From: Burkholderiales bacterium
GTDB taxonomy: Bacteria; Pseudomonadota; Gammaproteobacteria; Burkholderiales; Ga0077523
Length of the DNA: 64,000 nucleotides
Assembly: GCA_038324085.1 (NCBI GenBank)
Contig: JBBQHP010000003.1
Coordinates: 64,720 to 128,719 of the forward strand
Direction: 5' to 3'
Part shown: positions 28,142 to 42,667 of the stretch, piece by piece
Position numbering within the stretch: position 1 is the stretch's first letter
Layout of the letters: every line of letters begins with the position of its first letter
The notes under the pieces: generated by a model
What the model saw: only the letters and a program-made list of their open reading frames with translations
What the model was told of the DNA's origin: nothing
Databases searched by the model: none
Made by a program: the position numbers and the translations under genes

Positions 28142-28963
28142 ATGTCGATGCTCAGCTTTGAAAGGAAGTACCGCGTTCGAGGTGGAACGCTGCTCGGGGG
28201 AGACCTGTTCGATTTCTGGGTCGGGCCGTTCTACGTGGGCTTCTTCGGGGTCACCACGGCGTTCTTCGCATTGCTCGGCACCGCGCTGATCGTATACGGC
28301 GCAGCGATCGGACCGACCTGGAATATCTGGCAGATCAGTATCGCCCCGCCGGACCTGAAATACGGACTCGCGTTCGCACCGTTGAAGGAGGGCGGGCTCT
28401 GGCAGCTCATCACCTTCTGCGCGGTCGGATCGTTCTGCTCATGGGCGCTGCGCGAGGCCGAGATCTGCCGCAAGCTCGGCATCGGCTACCACGTGCCCGT
28501 CGCGTTCGGTTTCGCGATCCTCGCCTACGTGACGCTCGTCGTGTTCCGGCCCCTGCTCCTGGGCGCCTGGGGCCACGGTTTTCCCTACGGAATACTGAGC
28601 CACCTCGACTGGGTCTCGAATACCGGTTACCAGTACCTGCACTTTCATTACAACCCGGCGCACATGATCGCGGTGAGCTTCTTCTTCACCACGACTCTCG
28701 CGCTGTCGCTCCACGGCGCGTTGATCCTCTCGGCGACCAGTCCGGCGAAGGGCGAGCCGATGAAGACCCCGGAGCACGAGAACACGTTCTTCCGGGACAC
28801 GATCGGCTACTCCATCGGACCCCTCGGAATCCATCGACTCGGCCTGTTCCTCGCGCTGAGCGCGGTGTTCTGGAGCGCGGTCTGCATCATCATCAGCGGA
28901 CCTTTCTGGACGCGCGGCTGGCCGGAGTGGTGGGGTTGGTGGCTCAACCTGCCGATCTGGTAA
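28142..28963 (+). CDS. pufL: photosynthetic reaction centre L subunit
   Basis: 273-aa ORF containing [33 protein letters not shown] and [22 protein letters not shown]. Confidence 0.97.
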   Translation: MSMLSFERKYRVRGGTLLGGDLFDFWVGPFYVGFFGVTTAFFALLGTALIVYGAAIGPTWNIWQISIAPPDLKYGLAFAPLKEGGLWQLITFCAVGSFCSWALREAEICRKLGIGYHVPVAFGFAILAYVTLVVFRPLLLGAWGHGFPYGILSHLDWVSNTGYQYLHFHYNPAHMIAVSFFFTTTLALSLHGALILSATSPAKGEPMKTPEHENTFFRDTIGYSIGPLGIHRLGLFLALSAVFWSAVCIIISGPFWTRGWPEWWGWWLNLPIW

Positions 28964-28989
28964 CGAGAACCAAAAACTAGGGGACCACC

Positions 28990-29967
28990 ATGGCGGAATA
29001 CCAGAACATTTTCACGCGCGTGCAGGTTCGTGGACCTGCCTATGCCGGCGTGCCGCTCGGCCGCGGCGCCTATCGCCGCGACGGCAAGCCGTTCTTCGTG
29101 CACCTGCTCGGGCGGCTGGGCGATGCGCAGGTCGGACCGATCTATCTCGGCTGGACCGGCATCGCGTCGCTGATCTGCGGCTTCATCGCGTTCGAGATCG
29201 TCGGGCTCAACATGTTCGCTTCGGTCAACTGGGACCCGGTGCAGTTCGCGCGGCAGCTGTTCTGGCTCGGTCTGGAACCGCCGGCGCCCGAGTACGGGCT
29301 GCACATACCGCCGTTGCGACAGGGCGGATGGTGGCTCATGGCCGGGATGTTCATGACGGCGTCGGTCCTGCTGTGGTGGACGCGCATGTATCGGCGGGCC
29401 AAGGCGCTCGGCATGGGCACGCACGTGGCCTGGGCGTTCGCGTCCGCCATCTGGCTCATGCTCGTGCTCGGCTTCATCCGCCCGCTGCTCATGGGCAGCT
29501 GGAGCGAGGCAGTGCCGTTCGGCATCTTCCCGCATCTCGACTGGACCGCGGCGTTCTCGATCCGCTATGGCAACCTGTTCTACAACCCGTTCCACATGCT
29601 CTCCATCGCGTTCCTGTACGGGTCGGCGCTGCTGTTCGCGATGCACGGCGCGACGATCCTCGCGGTCAGCCGGTTCGGCGGTGATCGCGAACTCGAGCAG
29701 GTGGTCGATCGCGGCACAGCTTCCGAGCGGGCCGCATTGTTCTGGCGCTGGACCATGGGCTTCAACGCGACGATGGAATCGATCCATCGCTGGGCGTGGT
29801 GGTTCGCGGTGCTGACGCCGCTGTGCGGCGGCATCGGCATCCTGCTGACCGGCACCGTGGTGGACAACTGGTACCTGTGGGCAGTCAAGCACCACGTGGC
29901 GCCGGCGTATCCGTCGGTCTTTCCCCCGGCCATCGATCCGGCCGCGCTGAGCGGGGTGGCCAAATGA
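28990..29967 (+). CDS. pufM: photosynthetic reaction centre M subunit
   Basis: 325-aa ORF containing [16 protein letters not shown] and [44 protein letters not shown]. Confidence 0.97.
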   Translation: MAEYQNIFTRVQVRGPAYAGVPLGRGAYRRDGKPFFVHLLGRLGDAQVGPIYLGWTGIASLICGFIAFEIVGLNMFASVNWDPVQFARQLFWLGLEPPAPEYGLHIPPLRQGGWWLMAGMFMTASVLLWWTRMYRRAKALGMGTHVAWAFASAIWLMLVLGFIRPLLMGSWSEAVPFGIFPHLDWTAAFSIRYGNLFYNPFHMLSIAFLYGSALLFAMHGATILAVSRFGGDRELEQVVDRGTASERAALFWRWTMGFNATMESIHRWAWWFAVLTPLCGGIGILLTGTVVDNWYLWAVKHHVAPAYPSVFPPAIDPAALSGVAK

Positions 29968-29987
29968 ACGGTTCGGGGAGGTTCGTG

Positions 29988-31355
29988 ATGCATACCAGCG
30001 CACGCCGACTCGGCGGGGTATTCGCCTTGGGGCTCGCCGCCCTGCTCGTCGGTTGCGAACGGCCGCCGACCGAGACCGTACAGCGCGGCTACCGGGGCAC
30101 GGGAATGGTCGAGGTCTACAACCCGCGCACGATCGACAAGCAGCAGGAGGCGAACAAGGTGCCGGAGCCCATCCCGGCGGCGGCGCCCGGCGGCCCCTCT
30201 GCGGCGTCGACGTTCAAGAACGTGAAGGTGCTGAACGACCTCTCGGCCGCCGAGTTCACGCGCGTCATGGTGGCGATCACGAGCTGGGTCTCGCCGAAGG
30301 AAGGCTGCGCGTACTGCCACCAGGGTGCGGATTTCGCCGACGACTCGCTCTACACGAAGGTGGTCGCACGACGCATGCTGGAGATGACGCGCCACATCAA
30401 CGCAGACTGGAAAAATCACGTCGCCGAAACGGGTGTGACCTGCTATACGTGTCACCGCGGCCAACCGGTGCCGCAGAACGTCTGGTTCACCGATCCGGGA
30501 CCGAGGATGGCCAAGGGTCTCGCGGGCGGACTGGGCGAGCAGAACCTGCCCGCCGCAGAGGCCGGACTCGCCGCCCTGCCGCACGATCCGCTGTCGCGCT
30601 TCCTCGTCAAGGACAATCCCATCCGCGTCGTATCCGGCCATGCCTTGCCCACCGAGGGCGGGAAGTCGATCCCGCAGACGGAGTGGACCTATGCGCTGAT
30701 GATGTACATGTCCGAGTCGCTGGGGGTCAACTGCACGTATTGCCACAACAGCCGATCCTTCGCGCAATGGGAAACGAGCAGTCCACCGCGCACGACTGCG
30801 TGGTACGGCATCAGATTGGCGCGTGATCTCAACACGGCGTACCTGGAACCGTTGAGCTCGATCTTTCCGAAAGGGCGCCTCGGCCCGCTCGGCGATCCGC
30901 CCAAGGTCGGTTGCGGTACCTGCCATCAGGGCGTCTACAAGCCTTTGTACGGAGCGACGATGGCCAAGGATTATCCGGAACTCGGACCGGGTCACGGCGC
31001 ACCTGCCCCCGAACCGGAGAAGACCTCGGATGCGGCCGATGCCCCTGGCGTGCTCGGCAAGATCCTGTTCGAAACCGGCAGCCGGAACCTCGATGCGGAC
31101 AACCTGAAGGTGATCGACGAGGTCGCTCGCCAGTTGCAGGGCGACGCGGCACTCAACATCGCGATCTCGGGCTACGCCGATAAGAGCGGCAATGCGGACA
31201 AGAACCTGGAACTCGCCAAACAGCGCGCCTTCGCGGTTCGGGACGCGTTGAAGACCGCCGGCGTCCACGAGGACCGGATCGAGCTGAAGAAGCCCGCGTT
31301 CGTGATCGGCGCCGCGCAGGCTGATTCGCGTCGGGTGGACATCGTCACCCAATAG
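29988..31355 (+). CDS. pufC: reaction-centre tetraheme cytochrome c subunit with a C-terminal OmpA-like domain
   Basis: ATG 29988 (GGGGAGG 7 nt upstream; alternative ATG 29964 overlaps the pufM stop). Lipobox LAALLVGC. Four CxxCH motifs (CAYCH, CYTCH, CTYCH, CGTCH). A Pro/Ala linker is followed by an OmpA_C-like segment at about 31047..31352. Confidence 0.9.
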   Translation: MHTSARRLGGVFALGLAALLVGCERPPTETVQRGYRGTGMVEVYNPRTIDKQQEANKVPEPIPAAAPGGPSAASTFKNVKVLNDLSAAEFTRVMVAITSWVSPKEGCAYCHQGADFADDSLYTKVVARRMLEMTRHINADWKNHVAETGVTCYTCHRGQPVPQNVWFTDPGPRMAKGLAGGLGEQNLPAAEAGLAALPHDPLSRFLVKDNPIRVVSGHALPTEGGKSIPQTEWTYALMMYMSESLGVNCTYCHNSRSFAQWETSSPPRTTAWYGIRLARDLNTAYLEPLSSIFPKGRLGPLGDPPKVGCGTCHQGVYKPLYGATMAKDYPELGPGHGAPAPEPEKTSDAADAPGVLGKILFETGSRNLDADNLKVIDEVARQLQGDAALNIAISGYADKSGNADKNLELAKQRAFAVRDALKTAGVHEDRIELKKPAFVIGAAQADSRRVDIVTQ

Positions 31356-31382
31356 CGCACTGATTCCACGCAAGTGTCCGCT

Positions 31383-31410
31383 GAAGGGCGGCCCGCCAGG
31401 GTCGCCCTTC
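31383..31410 (+). terminator. strong hairpin 28 nt after the pufC stop (terminator or 3-prime stabiliser)
   Basis: GAAGGGCGGCCC-gcca-GGGTCGCCCTTC forms a roughly 12-bp stem including one G-U pair, followed by ATTCATCT (only a weak U-tract). Confidence 0.5.
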
Positions 31411-31840
31411 ATTCATCTGGGCGGGGGCGCGGGGGGTATCGACGAGCGGCCTCCGCATGTCGGCATGCAGGACAACCCGGCGGCTCGCGCGGGTCATCAC
31501 CGGCAGGCGAAGGCCGGATCGACACGTCGCACTTCGGTGCCGCCGCGTGATGCGATGGCGCCAGGCCGGATCGAACCGCCGACGTGGCAGCGAAGCGCGC
31601 CCCGACGCAGTTCGACCGGCCCGTTCCGGACGTCCGGTTCAGGCGTTCTCCCGGTTGGAACTGTGTCGCCGGCTGAGCGGGATATCGGCCGGTACCCGCC
31701 ACCATCGCCGATCCGATACGCCGATCCGTGCACCGCGGCGAATCGCGGTGCAGTGCCGGGTCTGCCGTACCGCCCGCGCCCCCGGTTCCCGGTGAATCAG
31801 ATGAGTACGCAGGCGCCTGGCTAAGCCCCAGTTCGCTGTC

Positions 31841-31885
31841 GTCCCGGCGGGGCAGGATCCCGGGACTCGTTCTCTATTCGTTACC
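31841..31885 (+). terminator. second hairpin plus T-rich tail at the end of the post-pufC non-coding region
   Basis: GTCCCGG-12 nt-CCGGGAC (31841..31866) is followed by TCGTTCTCTATTCGTT. The T-rich side is on the plus strand, so the orientation fits a plus-strand transcript rather than puhE. Confidence 0.35.
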
Positions 31886-31909
31886 TATCGGCGACGGCCG
31901 GGGGCGACG

Positions 31910-32698
31910 TTACCGGGCGTCGCGAGAGCGCAGCCCCCAGCTCCACAACGCGGTGGTCGGCAACGGCAACACCATGAACCAGTGTTCGAGGATCGCCAGC
32001 GACAGCAAGGTGGCGGCGAGGGTCAGGCTCGCAGTGTCGAAGGCGCTCGCCGTGGGCGCGGCGGCTTCGGTCCACAGAATGCCCGCGAGGATGGTCGCCA
32101 CGGTCACGGATATCGGGAACAGCAGGTTCATCGGCCGCTTCAGGAAGAAGCTGCGCAGGTAGCGCAGGCGCTCGGGCAGGAACTCCTCGCCCAGGTTGCG
32201 CACGCCGAGGAAAAGATTCAGCTTGGCGCTCAGGCGCATGACCCAGAGGATCATGAAGGTCCAGGTGCCGACCTGGTTCGGGGCGCCGTCCGTCAACAGG
32301 ACGACGATCATTGCCGCCACGACGATGGCCAGCTCGTGATAGGCGATGGCTTGCACAGCGTGCAGGAAGCGTTGCCACTCGTTGCTGCCCGGCGGCGAAG
32401 CCGAGGTTCGCGGACCGGTGACGTAACCCAGCAGGAACGCGGTCTCGACCCAGCCCCAGATCAGCACGGCGCAGGTGAACGCACAGTAGGCGCCGGTGAC
32501 CGTGGCGCTTTCGCTGCTGCGATCCAGCCCGATCAGCGCGAGCAGCGCCAGGCAGGTGGCCCCGAGCATGCTCCAGCCGAACGTGCGCCGCGGCAGGCCG
32601 TCGAGAAACAGGATCGCCCCGGTGGTGAACCACCAGACGAACATTGCGTACAGCGCGGGCAATCCGTAGTCGATCATGCGAGCTCGATACCAGAGCAC
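31910..32698 (-). CDS. puhE: photosynthetic complex assembly protein PuhE
   Basis: 262-aa polytopic membrane ORF directly after acsF, containing MIDYGLPALYAMFVWWFTTGAILFLDGLPRRTF. The start is either GTG 32698 or ATG 32677. Confidence 0.8.
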   Translation of the reverse strand: MLWYRARMIDYGLPALYAMFVWWFTTGAILFLDGLPRRTFGWSMLGATCLALLALIGLDRSSESATVTGAYCAFTCAVLIWGWVETAFLLGYVTGPRTSASPPGSNEWQRFLHAVQAIAYHELAIVVAAMIVVLLTDGAPNQVGTWTFMILWVMRLSAKLNLFLGVRNLGEEFLPERLRYLRSFFLKRPMNLLFPISVTVATILAGILWTEAAAPTASAFDTASLTLAATLLSLAILEHWFMVLPLPTTALWSWGLRSRDAR

Positions 32699-32702
32699 CC
32701 GT

Positions 32703-33806
32703 CTACCAGGCCGGGGCCATCAGCACTTGTTGCGGGATGGTGTTGTGCTTCATCGGCAGCACATAGAGCCGCGCGAAGGTCGCGGCGCCGGCCGCGGCCA
32801 GCCCGACTCGCTTCAACCGTCCGACAACACCCCCGCGCGCCTTGGCCGCTTCCGTGGCCACCGCGATGCGGCGCAACCGCTCCAGGCCGGCGCGGAACTT
32901 CGGATTGTCGATGTCCAGTTCCACCGGGAACACCTGCCGGGCGATCTCGGAAGTGATCCGGAACACCTGGTAGTCGTACTCCGTGGAATCGAGTCCGAGC
33001 GCGGTATGCAGTTCGGGTCGGGTGTGGTCGCGCACGAACATCGTCGCGTACACGGCGAGCAGGAAGAAACGGATCCAGAGCTTGTTGTGCCCACGAAGCA
33101 GTTTCGGGTCGGCGCGCATCAGCAGCGCCAGCGCCTCGCCGTGACGGAACTCGTCGTTGCACCAGCGGTGGAACCACTTGAAGATCGGATGGAACCGGTG
33201 CTCCGGATGCCGCTCGAGCTGGCGATAGATGGATATGTAGCGCGCGTAGCCGATCTTCTCGGAGAGGTAGGTCGCGTACAGGATGAACTTGGGCTGGAAA
33301 TACGTGTACTTCTTCTCGCGCTTGAGGAAACCCAGGTCGACCGCCACGTCGAAATCCCGCAGGGACTGGTTGATGAAGCCGGCGTGGCGCGATTCGTCGC
33401 GGGCCATGAAACCCATCAGCTTCTTGATGTCGGGATTGGAGACGTTCTTCTCGATCTCCTTGTACAGCACGCAGCCCGAGAATTCGGACGTCACCGACGA
33501 GATCAGGAAGTCGAGGAATTCGCGATGCAGCGGCGCCGGCAGCTCGCGGATCTCCGCGGTGAACTCCGGGGTGCGCTTGAAGTGATCGTGATTGTTGTCG
33601 CCCTCGAATTCGAGCAGCAGGCGGTCCCATTCGGCGCGCACGCCGCTCACGTCCATGCGGTTCATCGCCGCGAAGTCCGTGGTGTAGAAGCGCGGGCTCA
33701 GCATGGTGTCCTGCTGCGCGCGCACGGTGGCGTCGTCGGAGCTCGCGATCACGTCGGCGGTGGTGTCCATGGTGTCTTCCTTCGATGTTGTCGCCGCGTT
33801 GTTCAT
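32703..33806 (-). CDS. acsF: aerobic Mg-protoporphyrin IX monomethyl ester oxidative cyclase
   Basis: 367-aa ORF containing [13 protein letters not shown], with di-iron ExxH motifs in [18 protein letters not shown] and DEFRHGEA. Confidence 0.95.
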   Translation of the reverse strand: MNNAATTSKEDTMDTTADVIASSDDATVRAQQDTMLSPRFYTTDFAAMNRMDVSGVRAEWDRLLLEFEGDNNHDHFKRTPEFTAEIRELPAPLHREFLDFLISSVTSEFSGCVLYKEIEKNVSNPDIKKLMGFMARDESRHAGFINQSLRDFDVAVDLGFLKREKKYTYFQPKFILYATYLSEKIGYARYISIYRQLERHPEHRFHPIFKWFHRWCNDEFRHGEALALLMRADPKLLRGHNKLWIRFFLLAVYATMFVRDHTRPELHTALGLDSTEYDYQVFRITSEIARQVFPVELDIDNPKFRAGLERLRRIAVATEAAKARGGVVGRLKRVGLAAAGAATFARLYVLPMKHNTIPQQVLMAPAW

Positions 33807-34267
33807 CCGCTCTTGCCGGGTACGGGAAGCAGTCGTGCGAACACGCCTGCATTGGTCGGTCCGAACGCCTCCAGATCGACGCGGCGACCGGTGGTCGGGT
33901 CCATCAAGGTGAGGCGACCGTCAGCGTGGGCGACCAGACGAAACGCCTGCTCCGGTCCGATGCCCTGGCGGTGGCGCTCGCGTGCCAGGCCGCGGAGCGT
34001 GCCGCGGAGAAATCCGTTCGTGCCCGGAGCGACGGTATCGACGAGTGACCCGTCGCGAGCCGCGAGCACGACGATGCTGCCGTCGGAGCGGTCCTCGAAT
34101 CGGAGTTCGGCCTCGCTGATCGCGGGTGAGTCGGCGACCTTCGTGGTTTCCATTCCGGTCAGGCGTACCGCGGTGACGCCGAGCAGCGCGACGCCAACGA
34201 GCAGCGCAGCCCCGATGAGGGGCCCGCGCGGGAACGAAGCGGTGCGGAACGGAAATGAATCACTCAT
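33803..34267 (-). CDS. puhC: photosynthetic complex assembly protein PuhC
   Basis: 154-aa ORF with one N-terminal TM helix and [20 protein letters not shown]...[26 protein letters not shown]. Its stop overlaps the acsF start (ATGA). Confidence 0.85.
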   Translation of the reverse strand: MSDSFPFRTASFPRGPLIGAALLVGVALLGVTAVRLTGMETTKVADSPAISEAELRFEDRSDGSIVVLAARDGSLVDTVAPGTNGFLRGTLRGLARERHRQGIGPEQAFRLVAHADGRLTLMDPTTGRRVDLEAFGPTNAGVFARLLPVPGKSG

Positions 34268-34280
34268 GTCGGTCTCCTGA

Positions 34281-34955
34281 TCATTGTGCCGCAGCGAACG
34301 GTCCCGACCGGCCGGCGATCTGGGGCGCGGTTTCGTTCGCGACTGCCACCAGCCGGGCGCTGCCGCCCGCGGCAGCGGCGAGGGCGTGCGACAGGATCCC
34401 CGCCACGCGCGCGGCGTCGGGAACGCCGCGCAACATCGGCTCCGGACGCTTCAGGTGCCAGGGACGGGCGTGGGGCCACAGGTGCAGGTAGGCGATGCGG
34501 TCGTCACCGCCGAGCGTGAGCGGGATGTCGCCGCTGCCGTCCGGCCAGACCTTCAGACCGGCGGAACCGACCGTCTTGAAAGGCACGTTGAACGTGACCG
34601 TCAGCACGATGCCGATGCGCATGACCAGCCGCTGGCTCGTGATCGTGTACCAGGTCGTGCGACTGGTGAGCCAGGCGAGCAGGCACATCATCCCGATCGC
34701 GAACGAGGCCACCGCGATCAACGCGGTCGATCCGATCAGCGCCTGGAACGCGCCGACGCCGTCGGCGATGTTCGACACGACGCGGATGGCGAGCAGCGCC
34801 GCGAAGTAGATCGCGATCTTGCGCACGTGGAAGGCACGCACCGCCAGACTGGTCCAGCGCGGCGCCCCTTCCCACAGGACGCGTTCGTTGGTCGGGAGCG
34901 GTTCCGGCAGGCCGCCCCGCTCCAGTTGCTCCATCTCTGCTTCGTGGTGGTTCAC
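34281..34955 (-). CDS. puhB: photosynthetic complex assembly protein PuhB
   Basis: Within ORF 34281..35219. GTG 34955 overlaps the puhA TGA (alternative ATG 34934). Contains LPEPLPTNERVLWEGAPRWTSLAVRAFHVRKIAIYF and YTITSQRLVMRIGI. Confidence 0.85.
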   Translation of the reverse strand: MNHHEAEMEQLERGGLPEPLPTNERVLWEGAPRWTSLAVRAFHVRKIAIYFAALLAIRVVSNIADGVGAFQALIGSTALIAVASFAIGMMCLLAWLTSRTTWYTITSQRLVMRIGIVLTVTFNVPFKTVGSAGLKVWPDGSGDIPLTLGGDDRIAYLHLWPHARPWHLKRPEPMLRGVPDAARVAGILSHALAAAAGGSARLVAVANETAPQIAGRSGPFAAAQ

Positions 34956-35719
34956 AGGAACGGCTCCGCACGGGACGGATCGGCGTAGAGCGTCCCGCCA
35001 CCGTAGTAGGCGACGATCTTCTCTTCTTCCAGGAAGGTCACCTGATCGGGATTCTTGAGACCCGGAACGTCGTTGAAGTGCCGCGCCATGATCGAGCGCA
35101 CCTTCACCATGCCGTTGCGTCCGCTGCTCACCTTGGCGAAGGGCGCAGGCAGCAGCACTGTCCTGCCGTAGGCATCGACCTCGAAATAGCGGATCAGCGT
35201 TTCGGACAGATCCACCCATACGTCGCTCACCTTGCCCGCCACGAGGCCGTCGGCGCCCACGACCGGCATGCCGCGCGGATCGGGATCGCCCGAGGCGAGC
35301 GAGTAGCTCGGCGCGCTGCGCAGCGGGACGATCTTGGGCCGACCGTCGACCGTCAGGTCCGGCGTGTCGGCGCGCATGGCGTAGGCACCCGGGCCGACGC
35401 CGGCGAGCATCGGGTCGCCGTTCGGCTCCAGCGGGGCGCCCGGCCAGGGTCCCACGGGGGTCGCGTTGACCGGGCGGCCGTCGCGAATGTCGTTCGGCGC
35501 ACTGAAGGTGCCGCCGTGCGGCAGCACGAAGGTCTTGGGTTGCGGGATCGCGGGGAAGCCCTGGACGCGAATGCTACCGGAGCGGTCGGATTCGAGCGGG
35601 TAGCCCTCGCGCTTGTTTTCGCGGTGCAGGTAATAGATCAGCCCCGCAAAGAACAGCCAGAACGCGTAGAGCGCGAGTTGCGCGACATCGAGGTACTGGG
35701 TTATGGCGCCGGTTTGCAT
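34952..35719 (-). CDS. puhA: photosynthetic reaction centre H subunit
   Basis: ATG 35719 (GGGAGG SD) within ORF 34952..36037. Contains MQTGAITQYLDVAQLALYAFWLFFAGLIYYLHRENKREGYPLE and a C-terminal PRC-barrel-like region. Confidence 0.95.
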   Translation of the reverse strand: MQTGAITQYLDVAQLALYAFWLFFAGLIYYLHRENKREGYPLESDRSGSIRVQGFPAIPQPKTFVLPHGGTFSAPNDIRDGRPVNATPVGPWPGAPLEPNGDPMLAGVGPGAYAMRADTPDLTVDGRPKIVPLRSAPSYSLASGDPDPRGMPVVGADGLVAGKVSDVWVDLSETLIRYFEVDAYGRTVLLPAPFAKVSSGRNGMVKVRSIMARHFNDVPGLKNPDQVTFLEEEKIVAYYGGGTLYADPSRAEPFL

Positions 35720-35747
35720 AGCGTGACCTCCCTTGAAGAATTGGTTC

Positions 35748-37181
35748 TCAGCCTGGAAATTCCGCCAGGCCGAAGCGCGATGGCGACTGCGCCTGGGTTG
35801 CATGACGCGCCCGCACGAGCGGTCCGATTGCCACCAGGGTCGCGAACAGCAATGCGATCTCGATGTGATAGACGACGCTGTAGCCGACCGACGGGCCGGA
35901 CAGCGCCGCGCCAAGCATGCCTTTCGAGGCCAGCCCCGAGACGACATCCCGGATGGCACCGCCGAATGCGATGGACAGCCCGGCCGCGGAAGCCTGGACG
36001 GCACCCCAGGCGCCCAGGGCCAGCCCGTTGCGGCCATCGTGGCGCAGTGCCATTGCCGCCGTGAGCGTACCCACCGCGAACAGACCGCCGCCGAAACCGA
36101 TCATCACCGTACCGATGCGAAACATGAACGCCGATTCGATCGGCGCGGCGAAGATCACCGCCGCGAAGGCGAACGTGCCGACCAGTGCCCCCATCGCGGC
36201 GAGGCGGTGCGGATCGGAGCCCTCGGACAGCTTGTGTGCCGCGATGGTGAAGCCGACCAGGCTGCCGGCGGCGAGCAGCGCGGTGAGCAGGCTGGTCGCA
36301 CCGACGCCTAGATGCAGGATCTGGCCGCCATAGGGTTCCAGCAGAATGTCCTGCATGCTGAAACCCGCGGTGCCGAGCCCTACCGCGACGAGCAGGCGCA
36401 CCGGTTTGCTCGAACGCTTGAACGTGCGCCAGGCGTCGCGGAAGCGCGCCTCATGTTTGCCAGGCTCAACATGCTTCGCGTGCCGCGGCTCCTGCTTCCA
36501 CAAGGCGAGCAGGTTGAGTCCCATGGTTGCCATCGCCGCGCCCTGGATGACCTGGATAAGATGGACATTGGTGAAATCCGCCAGCAGCGCGCCGAAGAGC
36601 AGCGAACTGACGACCATCCCAAGCAGCAGCATCACGTAGAGGAGCGCGACGACGCGTGGACGCGACTCCTCGGTCGCGAGGTCCGTCGCAAGCGCAAGCC
36701 CCGCGGTCTGGCTCGTGTGCATGCCCGCTCCGACCAGCAGGAATGCGAGCGCCGCGCCCACCTGGCCTATTTCCGCCGGCCCGTGTCCCTTGCCGGTCAA
36801 CACCAGCAGCGCGAAGGGCATGATCGCGAGGCCACCGAACTGCAGCAGTGTGCCCATCCAGATGAACGGAACGCGGCGCCAGCCCAGCACCGAGCGGTAG
36901 GTATCGGAGCGATAGCCGATCAGGGCCCGGAATGGCGCGAACAGCAGTGGCAGCGAAACCATCAGCGCCACGACCCAGGCGGGCACACCCAGCTCGACGA
37001 TCATCACGCGATTGAGGGTCCCGTTGAGCAATGCCGCCGCCATGCCCACCGATACCTGGAACAGCGCCAGGCGCAGCAGGCGGCCGAGCGGCAATTCGGG
37101 CGTGGCTGCATCGGCGAACGGCAGGAATTGCGGGCCCAGGCGGATCCAGGTGCGGGCAAGGGTGTCGTTGAGGCGGCTCAT
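35748..37181 (-). CDS. lhaA: PucC/LhaA-family MFS protein (LH1 assembly)
   Basis: ATG 37181 within ORF 35748..37856. Contains LRLALFQVSVGMAAALLNGTLNRVMIVELGVPAWVVALMVSLPLLFAPFRALIGYRSD. About 12 TM helices. It lies between bchM and puhA. Confidence 0.85.
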   Translation of the reverse strand: MSRLNDTLARTWIRLGPQFLPFADAATPELPLGRLLRLALFQVSVGMAAALLNGTLNRVMIVELGVPAWVVALMVSLPLLFAPFRALIGYRSDTYRSVLGWRRVPFIWMGTLLQFGGLAIMPFALLVLTGKGHGPAEIGQVGAALAFLLVGAGMHTSQTAGLALATDLATEESRPRVVALLYVMLLLGMVVSSLLFGALLADFTNVHLIQVIQGAAMATMGLNLLALWKQEPRHAKHVEPGKHEARFRDAWRTFKRSSKPVRLLVAVGLGTAGFSMQDILLEPYGGQILHLGVGATSLLTALLAAGSLVGFTIAAHKLSEGSDPHRLAAMGALVGTFAFAAVIFAAPIESAFMFRIGTVMIGFGGGLFAVGTLTAAMALRHDGRNGLALGAWGAVQASAAGLSIAFGGAIRDVVSGLASKGMLGAALSGPSVGYSVVYHIEIALLFATLVAIGPLVRARHATQAQSPSRFGLAEFPG

Positions 37182-37198
37182 GCGTCGGTCATCCTCGG

Positions 37199-37924
37199 CT
37201 AGGCGTGCATCTGCGCCCATTGCGAACAGGCATTCGACAATTCCAATGCCTGGGACGTGTAGAAGCCGGTCGCGATCCGTTCGGTGCGGCCGACCTGCCA
37301 GCCCGAGAGACCAGGCTCGCCGGCCAGGCGGCGGCGCAGCGCGGACGCGCCGACCGGTTCGATGGCGGGTGCGCGATTGCCGCGCGGGAACAGGCGGCCG
37401 ATCGCGTGCATCACGGCCAGTGGCGGGGTTCTCGGCGCGAAGGTGAACAGCACTGAGTCGCTGGTGCGCGCGGCGAGGCTCGTCAGCACGCGAACGACAT
37501 CGGTGGCGTTGTAATGGATCAGCGAGTCCATCGCGACGACGTGGTCGAAGCGGCCGAGCGCGGCATCGAGCAGATCGCCCACCAGGAAGCGTACGCTGCC
37601 GCGACCCAGGTCGGCCGGCAGGCGCTCGCGCGCGAGTTGCACCAGGGTCGGGGAGAGATCGATCGCGACCACTTGCGCACCGCGCCGCGCGGCTTCCACG
37701 GACAGCGCGCCGGTGCCGCAACCCGCGTCCAGCAGGCGCAGTCCGGACATGTCCGCCGGCAGCCAGGACAGCAACGTGCTGCGCATGCGGTCGCGGCCCG
37801 CGCGCACGGTCGCGCGGATGCCGCTCACCGGCGCATCGGACGTGAGGCGCTTCCACGCGTCGACCGCCGTGCGGTCGAAGTAGGTCTGGAGCTGGCCGCG
37901 TCGCTGCAGGTAGGAAGTGGTCAT
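37199..37924 (-). CDS. bchM: Mg-protoporphyrin IX methyltransferase
   Basis: 241-aa ORF containing YLQRRGQLQTYFDRTAVDAWKRLTSDAPVSGIRATVRAGRD and the SAM motif LLDAGCGTGAL. Confidence 0.95.
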   Translation of the reverse strand: MTTSYLQRRGQLQTYFDRTAVDAWKRLTSDAPVSGIRATVRAGRDRMRSTLLSWLPADMSGLRLLDAGCGTGALSVEAARRGAQVVAIDLSPTLVQLARERLPADLGRGSVRFLVGDLLDAALGRFDHVVAMDSLIHYNATDVVRVLTSLAARTSDSVLFTFAPRTPPLAVMHAIGRLFPRGNRAPAIEPVGASALRRRLAGEPGLSGWQVGRTERIATGFYTSQALELSNACSQWAQMHA

Positions 37925-37928
37925 GGTG

Positions 37929-42638
<4,710 letters not shown>

Positions 42639-42667
<29 letters not shown>

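Noticed and set aside
31551-31590. tRNA-like GGATCGAACC (reverse complement GGTTCGATCC) suggesting a reverse-strand tRNA
   Set aside because: The putative T-stem has a mismatch. No complementary acceptor 5-prime strand lies about 70 nt away, and no anticodon arm could be drawn.
31465-31824. 119-aa ORF after pufC
   Set aside because: It has a Pro/Arg/Gly-rich composition and GC3 of about 72%, with no SD. I treat it as non-coding.
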